A stretch of 64,000 bases of DNA from Cycas panzhihuaensis (lineage: Eukaryota > Plantae > Cycadophyta). Location of the stretch: NCBI GenBank assembly GCA_023213395.1, contig CM041465.1:243605741-243669740 (forward strand), given 5' to 3'. The notes below the pieces were generated by a model. The model was not told where the DNA came from and searched no databases. It saw only the letters and a program-made list of their open reading frames with translations. A program made the position numbers and the translations under genes. Shown here piece by piece: positions 43,355 through 59,000 of the stretch (the first letter of the stretch is position 1; each line of letters begins with the position of its first letter).

Positions 43355-46281
43355 TTTTTTTTTTTTTTTTGGTAAGGTAAAAAATTAGAAGGGGTTTTAA
43401 TAGGTCCCAAAACCTTTTACATCAAATGCCTTCTGCCTAAAGTGAGATGGCCATGATAAGCCCATGGCCTAGCCAACACAAAATTACTCCTCGCACCCTC
43501 TCCTATCTAGTACCCTCATTAAGTCCTAAGAAATCTAACCTGACTAGACTCAAAAGCTCCTCTAGGAAGTTCTCTTTCCACACCCTGTTCCTTTTATTTA
43601 GCACTGCCTAATTTTCCCGCCCGATGCAGTGTTGCATTTCTATCCACATGTGTGTCTTTGGATCTACATGTTCTATTTGGAGCTCAGTACATCCTGTACA
43701 TCCCTAATTAGATCAAAACTACTCCATTCCATCTCCATCTCCCCCTTTAGGCTCCTAATCACATTCAACGAATCACCTTCTATAATCACTCTCTCTTCCT
43801 TATCCTCATCCACCATAGTTATCGCCATCTGCATCGCCCTTACTTCTGCTTTATGATTTGTCTGATGACCCAAATATTCTACAAATGCCCACTTCACTGC
43901 CCCATCATGATTCTTGCAAAGGCCTCCCCCTCCAGCCTCCCAAGGGTTACCTTTGGCTGCTTCATCAAAATTAATTTTGACCCAGGTCACTTTGGGTGGG
44001 GTCCAATGAGATTTTCTCCTTATCACACCCCTTCCAGTTGGGCAGCTTATACCCCAGCCCTCCATAATACTAACTTCCCCCCTAGGGATCTTATCCTCCT
44101 TCAAGGGCTTTAACACCTCTAGAATACCCCTTTTAATCTTATCAAAGAGTCTTTGATCATCCATCTCTATACCTTAGAAGATTCTCCTATTACGCTCCTT
44201 CCATATATGCCAAGTCCCTACAGGAAGAATTAGTTTCCATAGCCTACCCAATGTTTTGCTTTTGAATGGAGATTTCCATGTTATCCACTGATCCCGTAAG
44301 GACTTAGGAGACACCCATAATATTCCTAGATTGGACTAGAAGCCTACCCAAATTCGACTGGAGTAGGGATAATGGATGCTAAGATGGTCAAGAGACTCAT
44401 CCTCCCCCTACATAACTCACATCTATTCCCCATGGAGAATCCACGCTTAAGGAGGTTATCAATTGTTAAAAGCTTGTTCTAAAGGCATAACCACCAAAAA
44501 GCTGCAACCTTTGGGATGAGCCCCAATTTCTAAACCCCTGCTAGTAATTCATCCTTAGCCCATCCTTCCTCCATCATTAGCAAATTATAACCATCCTTTA
44601 TCGAGTAAGACCCAGATGGAGATAAAGACCAGATCAGGGAATCTGGAAGAGCCCTCTTGGGGATATACTGATGATGAAATACCCCCTTGAGGTTATGAAT
44701 CTCCTCCTCCAGACCTTGCAACTCATTAACGATCTCCACTTCCTATTCTTACCTTGTCCCTCCCAATAGTGCTTAACAAGTGAACCATATATATCCTCAC
44801 TGACCTCCTGCATGATACCAATAGATGGCAACTCTCCCAATTTATAGGTGCCACACTAATCGTCCTCCCAAAATCTTATACTTTCTCCATTCCCCAATTT
44901 CCATCATAAACCATTGCGTAGAATGGGTCTCGAGGCCAAGAGGCCTTTCCAAATGGGGGTTCCATAGACCCCCCCCCCACCTCATCCTTCAGGAAATTCT
45001 TACCCCCTAGGTATTTTCTAGCTATGATATTTTCCCATTGAGAGCCTTATTCTTTAACCAATCTCCAACCCACTTTAGCTAGGAGAGCTCTATTAAAGAG
45101 CCCCATTCTCCTAACATTAAGCTTGCCCACCCATTTGGGCTTACATACCTTCTTCCAACAAACTAAATAAATTCTATTTCTCTCTTCAGCTTCGAACCAA
45201 AGAAATCTCTTTATGATGCCTTTAACTGTTGCAATACTCGACATCTTGAATAAACACATTTGATAAACTAGAATACTCTGAAGAGAGGCCATCACTAACT
45301 GTATCTTACCTCCTAAACTGAGTAGGGGCCCTTTCCAACTTGCCAACTTCTTATGAAACCTCCCCACAATGGGGTCCCAAAGATTCTTATCTATCTTGCC
45401 CACAAAAAAGGGCAACCCCAAATAAGAGGTTGGAAGATGTCTTATGGGAATCTCTAAGACCCTACTAATCCTCTTCTAAAGCCTCTCAGGAGTATTAATG
45501 AAGAAGATGGAACTCTTATCCAAGTTGATTCTTTGGTTAGAAGCCCACTCATAGGCCTGGAGTCTGTATTTCAAAGCCCGAGCCTCCCTAAGGGATGCTT
45601 TGCCTAGGAAGATATTGTCATCGATGAACTGGTGATGGAAAATATTTTCCAGGTTGGAGAAAGGCTTCAGGCCTATTACCCATCCGATCCTCTTTACCTC
45701 CTCAGTATCCCTCCCTAGAAGTTTTTCCGTTATGATAAAGTGAAAGGGGGACATGGGGTCTCCTTGCCTCAGACCCCTAAATCTAGGAAAGAAAGGGGTT
45801 GATTGACCATTTATTATCACTAAAAATGAGAGACTAGAGACACAACATCTCATCCATTCCCTCTAAACCTCCCTAAAACCAAAAGCTTTAAGACAGTCTA
45901 TAAGACAGTCCCGATCTGGTCATAGGCCTTGGACATATTAGTTTTTACTATCATACCTGCTTCTTTCCTATGATAGGTCGAGTGGACCGTTTTATGAACT
46001 ATAATTATGATGTCCATAATCTCCCCACCCTTAACAAACCCATCCTAGTTTGGAGAAATAATAGATGGCTGACAGTCTTTGAGATGATTCGCTAACATTT
46101 TTATCAGGATTTTGTATTTAACATTACATAGGCTTATCAGCCTAAAGTCTTTTATGGCTTTCACTCTAGCCTTTTTTGGTATCAAGACCAGGAAGGTAGC
46201 CTACCATTCTTTCAAAATTGTTTTCTTCTAAAAAAATTCATTCAGTGCTATTATTAGGTCTTCCTTAATAATGTCCTAAAA
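43355..46281 (-). mobile_element. 5'-truncated L1 LINE (RT to RNase H plus poly(A)), same lineage as the 6484-12669 LINE
   Basis: Poly(T) at 43355-43370. Minus-strand ORFs contain GLRQGDPMSP, HHQFIDDNIF, KGPLLSLGGK and WVKINFDEAAKGNP..IIEGDS. Homology stops at F*DIIKED near 46280. No TSD found. Confidence 0.9.
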
Positions 46282-46285
46282 TTAA

Positions 46286-46548
46286 TGATAATTTATGGGC
46301 TTCCTACAAGTTGACCCTTGAATAAATCTAGTAAAACCTTAGCTTGTAATTACTATTATATAAAAATCTTACTGTGCAGGAGGTTAAGTCCTAATTAGGA
46401 CACTTGTACATGTCCCAAAGTTGAAAGGGGATAAATTTTGCTTATGTTTCTTAAGTTCTTTTATTACCTTATTTAAGTGCATTTCAATATTTTATTCAAG
46501 TACTTTATTTTTTTTAAAGTATTTTATTTTAAGGTAATTTCTATATCA
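46286..46548 (+). repeat. Candidate LTR (family D) directly upstream of the copia gag
   Basis: TGATA...TATCA inverted termini, followed by PBS-like TGGCCTTAAGC, then gag ~25 bp later. No second copy seen in the window. Confidence 0.45.
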
Positions 46549-46571
46549 TGGCCTTAAGCATAAGTAATATA

Positions 46572-49500
46572 ATGATGTCAAAATTTAATGGTACTAACTT
46601 TTTGAATTTGAGTTAAAGAATAAAAACTATCTTGTATCAAAGGATATGTGGGACTTGATTGAAATAGGTTATGGAGCACTTGATGCTAATGCTACTAAAG
46701 ACTAAAAAAAGATCTACAAGGAGAATGAAAAGTGAGATAATAAAGCCTTAGAATTAATCTTCTATACATTGGAGAATCATATTTTTCTAAGGATTAGTGA
46801 AGTACCTACATCAAAGGAGGCATGGGATGCATTAAAGACCACCTATAAAGAAGTTATTATATCAAAACTCTAAACATTATGTAGTAAGTTTGAAAATTAT
46901 AAGATGAATAAAAATGATGGAGTAAATGACTTCATAACTAAAATATAAGGCTTATTTAATCAAATGAGGGCCTTAGGAGAATTCTTTAGTGAGAAGATCT
47001 TAATATGTGTTCATAACACTAAAAGGTTTGAAATAGTTACAACAAGTGTTAATGTCTCTAAAGACCTAACTACCCTCAAAAGCAATCAACTAAGTATAAT
47101 ATTACTTGTTATTAAAGAGAAAAAATGAAGTGGCAAATTTCTAGAATATACATTTATTACTAAGGCAAAGATTAAGCTAATTTTTCAAGGCCAAAGTTTT
47201 AGGGGAAGAGGACAATCTCCTAGAGGAAGAGATCAAAACTTTGGGAATCAAAATCAATTTTATCAAAAATAAGGTTAAGCTTATCAAGGGAAAGGATAAT
47301 ATCATTAAGGCCAAGGTAAATTTTATCAAGAATAAAATTAATTTCATCAAGAACAAAGTTAAGGATAAAGAGAGTATTTTCAAGGCCAATTTAATTAAAA
47401 CCAAGGACAAAATTTTGGACCTCAAGAAAGAGGTAGAGGATAAAGTTTAAGAGGTAGGAACTAAGGACAAAAAGGAAGAAGTCCTAGAGGTAGAGAAACA
47501 ATACAATGTTCCTATTGCTATAGAAGTAGACACCTAGAAGAAAATTATTTCTAAAAAAATACTAAGTTACAAAGAGGAACAACTAATATATCATTTGAAG
47601 AAAGGAAAAATAAAAGATTCTTGCTATCAAGTTTGATGGTAAATGAAGAAGAAGATAGATGGTATATTGACTCAAGATTGTCTATGCACATAACATATTG
47701 AGAAGAATGGTTTAAGGAGTTAGACAATGTTAAAAGGAGAAAAATCATATTTGGAGATAATACCACTCAAGCTATAATCAGTAAAGGGAATATAGCCATA
47801 CAAACAAACTTTGGAGAAATAAGGTATATCAATGATATACTCCATATCCCCACACTTAAAAAGAAATTACTATCAATGGAAAAAATAATAGAGCAAAAAT
47901 ATAAGATGATCTTTGATAATAATAAGTGCACCATTAAGGATAAGCTAAGGAACAAAGCAATAGTTACTGAGGGATAAACAACTAGTGATAGATTATTCAA
48001 ATTGGTTATTCCCTAAACTAATTATTATGCCTTAAAGGCTTTAACCAATATGGATAGTAAAACTTGGCATAAAAGACTTGACCATGCGAACTATAACAAT
48101 TTGGTATTAATAAAGAAGATGAAAATAGTAATAGGTCTACCTAGTATTGAACATGGAAAGAAAGTGTGTGAAGGTTGAATACTAAGTAAATAACAAAAGG
48201 AAGGATTCTCTAATGAAATTTATAAGAAAAATACCTCTTCAGTTAGCATACATAGACCTATATGGACCAATGGATGTACCTCTACTTGCTGGAGTTAAGT
48301 ATTTCATTATATTCATTGATGATTTTACAAGGATAACATGAGTTTAATTTTTCAAGTTTAAGTCAAATATACTCCAATGCTTTACTGACTTAAAAAATAT
48401 GGTTGAAAGACAGAGTGGACAAAAGATATTAATACTAATATTAGATAAAGGGAAAGAATTTATTTCAAATAAATTTAAGGATTATTGCATATATTTTAGG
48501 ATAAGAAAACAACTCAGAAATCATTAAAACCCTTAATAAAATAGGGTTATAGATAGGAAGAATAGGATAATTGTTAAAATGGCTAGAAGTATAGTTGATG
48601 ATAAGTATCTTGGTAATGAATATTGGGTAGAAGTTATACATATAATTATTTACTTATTGAATAAATATACAACCAAACTAGTAAGATGGGTTACATCTAA
48701 AGAAGCTTAAACAAGTTACAAACCAAACCTCAAATACTTAAGAGTTTTTGGATGCATAACTTATGAACATGTTCCAGAATAAAGAAGGATAAAATTAAAT
48801 GACAAAAGCACTAAGTGTATATTTATAGGACATAGTGACTCATTTAAATCTTATAAGTTATATGATCCAAAAAGTAAAAGGATTATTATAAGAAGGGATG
48901 TCATCTTCAAGGAAGATGAATTCTATCAAGAGGAAGTTTTTGAAAAGGACAAAGATAAAAACATTATGATTGTAGTAGATTCTAGCTCAAGTGATACAAA
49001 TATACCTAATGTAAATAAAGAAAAACCATCTATTCAAGTTAAAGAGTTCCAAAATAGGTATAAAGGGATCATAACTTTGAAAGAAGAATAATAAGATCTT
49101 AAAAGGTAAACTTTATACTTATAATTCAAGTTATAGAGTTAAATGAGCCTCAAAACTTTAAAGATGTAAACATTTAAAATGGATAGAAGAATATAATAAA
49201 GAAAGAGTACAATACCTTAGTGAAGAATGATATATAGGAGTTAGTTAATTTACCACCTAGAAAAAAGACCATTGGGACAAAATGGGCTTACAAGACTAAG
49301 TATAAATCATATGGGTCCATTGATAAATACAAGGGAAGATTAGTTAGAAAGGGCTATGCTTAAATTAAAGGTATAAATTATAATGAAGTACTTACACATG
49401 TTAAAGGTTATAAATAGTTAGATAGTCCATCAAATAGATGTAAAAAGTATCTTCTTAAATGGCTATGTAAATAAGCAGATTTATGTTCAACAGTATAAGG

Positions 49501-50612
49501 GTTTTGAAGTGAAAGGAAAAGAAGACAAGGTCTACAAACAAAAAAAGGTCTTGCATAGATTTAAGTAAGTACCTAGAGTATGGAACTCTAAGATTAATAA
49601 ATGATTCCTAAGAAGCCAATCAAACCCCAATTTATAGGTAAAATCAGAAGGAATCTCAATACTAATTTTGGGTTTATATATAAAAGAGTCAGTGTATACT
49701 AGAAATTATGATTACTTGCCCTAAAAATTTAAGAAAGATATTTACAAAGAGTTTGAAATCACAAATTTAGGACTTATGTATTATTTCTTAGGTATTGAAG
49801 TATAGTAGGATAAAACAAGGATATTTATATCATAAAGGAAATGTATATTAGATATGTTATATAAATTCAATATGGATAGTTGCAAGCCACTTACAACACC
49901 AATAGAGGTTAGGTTGAAATTGTCTAGGTTTGAGGATTTTAAATTAGTTAATCCTATACATTATAGGTAATTGATTCATAACCTAATTTACTTGACTTCA
50001 ACTTAGTTAGATATCATGCATGTAGTCGGTGTGATTTCTAGGTTTATACATGAGCCTAAGGTAAAGCATTGGTAAGTAGACAAAAGGATTCTTAGGTACT
50101 ATTAGGTATGGATTACATTATAGGTTATTAAGGGATTATAGGTTGATTGATTTATACTCAGATTGAGTGGGTTATATAGATGAGAGGAAATCTACTTCAA
50201 GTAATACATTCAGTTTGGGTTGAGTAACAATAGTATGGAGTTTAAAGAAGTAAGCAATAATATCTCTTTCTACTACAGAAGTAGAGTATAAAGCGATTAC
50301 AATAAGAGCTTGTGAGATAGTTTATATTAGAAGATTGCTTCAAGATTTACAAGAAGAATAAGTTGATCCCATATTGTTATTTTATGATAATTAAAGCACA
50401 ATTTAAATGACTAGTAATCCACTTTTTCATGGCAAGATAAAGTACATTAAAACACAATATTACTTCATTAGAGAATTGGTACTATAAGGTGAATTAGAAT
50501 TAGTCTATTGCAGCACTAAAAAATAGGTGGTAAATATTTTCATAAAGGTACACTATAAAATAAAGTTTATCAAATTCAGAGATAAATGTGGAGTCCCTCG
50601 AAATGGCCATTA
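46572..50612 (+). pseudogene. Degraded copia gag-pol polyprotein
   Basis: KFNGTNF..KDMWDLIEIGY, zinc knuckle CSYCYRSRH, protease WYIDSRLSMHIT, WHKRLDHANY, HTDLYGPM, FIDDFTR, RT and RNase H remnants. Many TAA/TAG stops. Confidence 0.88.
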
Positions 50613-52060
50613 TGGAAGAGAAATATTGGAATAATGCTTGTATTAGGATAATTACCCACCTTAGGGGGATTCCTCATATTCAGGTAATAACCCAAATCAT
50701 AGGAGTTATCTTGATAATACTTTCTTAAGTATTTACTAAGAATTAGTAATGGTGGACCTTAAAAAGGTGTTCCAAATCCTCTTAGCCCCACTTATTTATT
50801 TAGGGGATCTAAAGACCCTGATATTTATTAACATCATCATCCTTACAAATTGATGGTTATGTCTTTCTTCTTTTTATTTCATTTCTTTTATATATTTTCT
50901 TTATCCTGTTATTCCATTAATATGGGATAAATCACATAACCAACAACCTAACTAAAAAGGGGATAAAGTCATTTCTTAAAGAACATTATTTTCTTTTTCA
51001 TCGAAGAGTTTATTTTTCAAACTATTAGTTGTGTTACAAAGAGAATTCTGAAATAGCTAAAATGAGTGGTTGCACATATTTTAGAGATCATATAACAAAG
51101 ATTTTAATGGATAAAGTTGATTAAATTGGTTTATATTTTTCGAGTAGTTTTAAATTTATTTTGGTATATTTTAACATTTTGAAAGGCTCTTAAGATCATA
51201 ATGATAAAATTGATAATAGTTGATTAAAGAAAAAATAAGTTTCATTTTAAAGTAAAGATATAAAAGCTCATTTATAATAGTTTAAGGGTCAAAAATAATG
51301 AAATATTTATGATGTAGGATATATTGGATGAAATTTTATTGTAGGTATCTTAATACATATTAAACATAATTAAGATCCCCTTATCATTTCACACATTTCA
51401 TTAATGGGACTATAGTCACTAATCAAATGCAATGATAACCTAGTTTATTACACATATAATAGAATGATAAGAATGGTACCACCTAATTTATATTGATGAA
51501 GGACATAATATTTATTAATTAGAAAGTTGATATGATAATGCTTATTTATCTACCTATTTATAAGACATGGAGAAGTCTCATATATTATTTACTTAGCACC
51601 AAAATTAGTTATTAAGAAGTCTAACCGATAGATATCATATATGTATTTTTTAGTGAAAAATATGACTTGCCATATATGGCAAAATGTATGGTAACACACT
51701 ATTTACATTACCTTATTATAACTAACTTAATATGGCTAGGTGGCATGGCTTATTCTTAGTACTAGTATGTTTAGATTATTGATTATTGATGTTTATCATA
51801 TTTATTAATTACTAAAAGAATGTTACTAATGTATGTACAGGTGGAGAAAACACACACATATAAGAGACAAGAAAAGATTTTATAAGCTACTCTTATACAA
51901 CACATAATAAGTGTTATTATCCTCATATAAAAGAGGCAAGATATTCATATTAATTTTGTATAACATATTGACATAGCAGGTAGTATTATTTTATCTATTG
52001 ATAAATCATGTATAAGGAATGAAAGAAACATGGGTAATCAAAACATACTCTAATATCGCT

Positions 52061-54064
<2,004 letters not shown>

Positions 54065-54828
54065 AGAAACACATCCTAGAGAACTAGTAATTACAGTAGT
54101 TGGTTACCTATATATTTTAGTAGATAGTTAATGCTTTATATGGATATTAGTAATTATTTTTATTTAAAATAGTTTTAAGAGATGATAGATTGATAATATT
54201 GATTGATCACATCTTTATAAGTGAAGATATAAAGTTATTAAAAAAAAAAAACTTCATATAAGCATGATAAGTGAAAATTATAAATTGAGATTATTTATTT
54301 GGTTGATTAATGATTAGTTTACAAGTGATTGATTATGGTTGTTCATAGTTAATCACAGTTGACTATATATTTAAAGGTTAATTACTTATAGGAGATAAGC
54401 ATGATATTAATAGATTTACTACTTTCAACATATAAGGAAAACATGAAGGTATTGAAGACCAAGGATAAAGATGAATATTATAATTTAAAGATATTAAACA
54501 TTAAGTAGGGGAGTGTTGGAATATATACTTATTCTAACATATATAATATTTAATGTAAGATTATGGTCTTATGCAATCCTATACCTAAAAGTATTAATTG
54601 ATGTGACGTGGACATATTTATATATACATTTTATTAGATCATAAAAAGGCTCAAAGATATTATATGTTATTCATGAGGTGATATATTTTATAAATATATA
54701 TATGCACCACTTCAAAACGTAAGAAAGGTTAAGAATTGATCAAGCTCATAGATGTAATCATTTGAAGATCATTAAAGAGGAGCTCTCAAAGACTCTAACT
54801 TTCTCCTAGGATTTTTCTCTGTTAGGTT

Positions 54829-55087
54829 TATTAAGATAATGCCCACATTAGGGCGATATCCTATATCTTTGAGGTGACTCACCTGTCAAAATTTTGTTAA
54901 TGATAGATGGTGGTAAACCTTGAGAAGTATGCCAAAACCTTTTTGGTCCTACTTATTTATACATGGGATCTAAAGACCCTAATATTCATTAATGCCACCC
55001 TTTCCTCTCAAAAACATTTACATATCTTTGATCTTTGTTATTCTCATTTCATATTTATCCTTTGAATCCCATCATTTGGTATTAGAG
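54829..55087 (+). mobile_element. Third family-B-like LTR with PBS: 5' end of another element inserted into the family C LTR
   Basis: ATAATGCCCACATTAGGGCGAT..CCTACTTATTTAT..GGATCTAAAGACCCT..CCCATCA, then TTTGGTATTAGAG. Confidence 0.7.
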
Positions 55088-56027
55088 TGATAGTACTCTT
55101 GTCCACTCTCCTACTCGTGTCCATATGCATTAGAAGAATTACGTATGTATTGATCTTATTTTATTAATGTATAAGCATTCCCAGATCTTGTTGTTACTTA
55201 TATTATTTGAGTACTAGCACTATTTATGTCTCTATATTTATAGTAAGAGTTTGACTCATATTTAATTAAAGCTAAAAAATCCTTTTGTATTAGTCTAGTT
55301 CTATCTATCTATAGCATAATATCTATTTATGTTTATAATATTTATTTCTATTTGGTTCTACCTATTTATATATGCTCATCATTGTTCTCTAGTTTAAAGG
55401 GTTAAGGTTGAATTAGATACTTAAAAGTTTAGTTTCATCAATGTATTTATGTGTCTATATAGATTTGTAAAGCCCACATATATCCAAACTATGCTCTAGT
55501 CATTACTTCAAGTTATGTATAGAATGTCACCCACATCCTTATTTGAAGAACTCTAGCTCTTATCATTATAACATTGTCAATATCTTTGTTTAGAGAGCTC
55601 AAGCTCCTATCATTAGATCCAAATCAAACTACCTTTATTATCATGTCACTCAATTGAGTAGTGAGTAAATAATTTGGTTTGATTATTGTATAACCCATGT
55701 GAATAGTTAACCACCTGCATATCTTATTAGTAATTTAGTTCAATTCTATTAAGTATTTTTTGGATAACGTTGAGTCATGATAATCTAATCTCTAGTCTAG
55801 TTTTGAGTATGCAGATAGACAACCTTGTATAAGTCTCAATCACTAAAGTAAGAACGTAGTGTGTTACCCCTGCTACGATTAAATCATCCTTTAGTTTTTG
55901 TCCATGTATCTCTATCATACTATATAACCTATTTAGATATGGTTATCTAAGTTCACCTATACACTTATATTCGGGAACATAAAATCATACATAAATGTTC
56001 CCATATGAAGAATCTTTAACTATACAT

Positions 56028-59000
56028 AGTAAGAAAATAAATAAATATATAGAAAATAGATGCACAGTACACAGGATTTATGTGGGAAACCCTTTTGGGA
56101 AAAAACCCACCACAAAGAGGATCCTTGATGGATCACTTGATTATTGCACTAAGAATACTTAGATGATGAATATACAAGACCTTAATGCATTTATACTCTC
56201 CAAGAGGTGTCACCCGATTAGGGTTGTGACCCTCCAAATAAGTCGCACCTTTTTGGCTTCGCACCCTTTCGCTTAATTAAACCACATTAACATTAACTTG
56301 GTGGCTTAATAATTAATTGCCACATTAACATCCCCCCTTATTATAAATGTGGGGAACCTACAATGTGTAGTAGTTGAGTTATCATGAAGGCTGGGACTAT
56401 CCTGCAACTTCTTTATCCTTGTTGATACATCCCCCCTTAAGGATAACAATGGTGAGTGCTAATCTAGTACACATCTTCATGAATTGATCTTCAGTGAGAG
56501 GTTTAGTGAACACGTCCATAAGCTATAATTCATTCAAATAATAGTCGACTTGTAGCTTCCCTAACTTGATCTATTCATGAATGTAATGGTGCTAAATCTC
56601 GATGTGCTTCGTACGTGCATGAAACTCTAGATTCTTTAACAAGTGAATGGTACTATATTATCAATAAAGAGAGTCAGATGTCCATTGGAAATGCCAAGAA
56701 ATTCTAAGAGACCTTGCAACCATACAACTTCCTTTGCACTAGTACTCAGTCCTTGATATTTTACTTCTATAGAAGATAACACCAATGTTTGCTGCTTCTT
56801 TGACTACTACAAAATAAATCAATTACCAATACTAAACAAGTATCTTACAGTGGACTTCTAATCATCGAAATCTCCTCCCTAATCAACATCCGTATAGCCA
56901 TGCAACTTGATCTTCTCACCTCTGTAGTATTCAAGACCAAAATTGATTGTTCCCTTCAAATATTTTAGAATCTATTTTGCTACCACCAAATGAGGCTCCT
57001 GAGGATTCTACATGTAGCAGGAAACCAATCCAACAATGTATGTAATATCCAGCCTGGTGTGAGTCAAATAGATGAGACTCCCTACCAACTGGCGATACTT
57101 AGTACCATCTGCAGAAGGTTGGGCCATGTCCTTCTACAACCTTGCACGTTTTACACATGGTGTTATAATAGGTTTGTAGTGCTACATTCCAAATATCTCT
57201 AGTAAGTTCTTCACATACGGTGATTGCAACAATATGATCCTATCTTCCATCTGCCTAATTTGAATACCCAAGAAATAGTGAAGTTCCCTAAGATTTGTCA
57301 TGTTAAATGAAGCTCCCAAATTAGATTTGACTTCATCTATAGCCTTATCACAATTACTGTCGATGATTAGATCATCCACATACACCATGCAAGCAACTAC
57401 AGAAGTCCCTCTTCTCTTCACAAACAGGTTCGGGTCAAGTTCTAAAATTTTAAAACCTTCAGCTTTTAACTTGGCATCCATCTTCTCATACCAAGCACAT
57501 GGTGCTTATTTCATGCTATAAATTGACTTTTTTAGACAGAAAACAAGATGCTCCTGTCCATCCTTAATGAATCCCAGAGGTTGTGACATGTATATCTCCT
57601 CCTTTAGATCTCTATTAAGGAATGTAGACTTAACATCCATGTAGTGTAACTCCCAATATAATGTAGCTGCTAAAGAAATGAGTAAGTAGATTATTTTCAT
57701 TCTAGAGACTGGTTCAAATGTCTCCTCATAGTCAATTCCTTCTTTCTACTTGAATCCCTATGCAAAAAGTCTGGCCTTGTACTTATCCACCTCTCTACCA
57801 GAGCATAGCTTTGTCTTGTAAATCCACTTACATCCTATAAGGTTCTTCGATGGAGGGAGTGGGACCAAATCCCATGTATCATTATTCATCAAAGAACCAC
57901 ACTCTTCCCTTATTGTAGCTCTCCATCGTGGATCTCCTTTCTCTTCAACAAATGAATTAAGATTACTAGAGTCATTGGTGTCTACCAATAGAGTTCGACT
58001 AGCGTGTTAATTTCTGGTTCGTCTATCATTAGTTAGGATTTGCATCGCCATACTAGAATCTTTAATAGTTTTCCTTGCCCATAAAGGTATAGAAAGACCT
58101 ATTGCTAGAGGTACTTCTTCTCACAATGACTCCTTACTATTACTCATCCCACTTGGTCCTGCTTCCTAGGTGCTACAATGACTGGCTCATCATCCTCTTC
58201 ACTTGAAGAATTTGGGAATGGAAGAAGGGGAGCGTGAAAAGGTTCCTCTGATGATTTTTTAGCATGATATGTCGATGACTCATCAAATTTAACATCCCAA
58301 CTAACCATATTCTTTTCCCCCTGTGGATCCCATAGTCTATAGGCATCGTTCTCCATGCAATACCCCATGAATATGCACTTTAGACTTTTCTGATCTAGCT
58401 TCTTTCAGGTATCATCTAGGATGTAGGTGTATGCAATACACCCAAACATTCTCAAATGACTAATGGTAGGCTTTTGACCAGTCCATTTCTCTTCGGGGAT
58501 CATGATGTAAATTGCTTGAATGGATACCCTATTCAAAATATAAACAACAGTCACCACAGCTTCTGTCTAAAACTTTGGTGGCAAGTTTTTAGTGTGCACC
58601 ATACACCTCGCCATCTCTATCATGGTACAGTTCTTTCTTTCAACATCTCCATTCTATTGTGGGGTATACAGGATTGTAAACTCCCACTTTATACCATGGT
58701 TGTGGTAGAACTGATTGAACATATGATTGTCATACTCCTTGACATTATCACTTCGCAAAGATTTTATTTTCTTATCACTTTTAGTTTCAACCATCGCTTT
58801 CCATTCACAGAAGTGATCAAATATGTCTGACTTATTCCTTAGAAAATAAACCCAAGCTTTCTTGGTGTAATCATCTATAAACATAAGTATATATCGGGCT
58901 CCTGATATTGAAGGGTTTGGGAGTGGTCCCATAATATCTGAGTGCATAAGCTCCAGCTTCTCCTTGGTTATCTAGGCATTATCATGAGCAAAAGGATGGT

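Larger units (their letters stand above)
36095..50919 (+). mobile_element. Copia-type element bounded by LTR family B: 5' LTR 36095-36103 plus 41454-41730, PBS 41733-41742, 3' LTR 50624-50919
   Basis: Both LTRs start TATTGGAATAATG and end TTCCAT(C/T)A. Flanks ACATG (36090-36094) and ATATG (50920-50924) form a TSD with one C>T. PBS is TGGTATCAAA. Confidence 0.72.

Noticed and set aside
47177-47450. K/I/N-rich ORFs 47241-47450 (+) and 47177-47425 (-)
   Set aside because: Off-frame and antisense readings of the repetitive gag tract.
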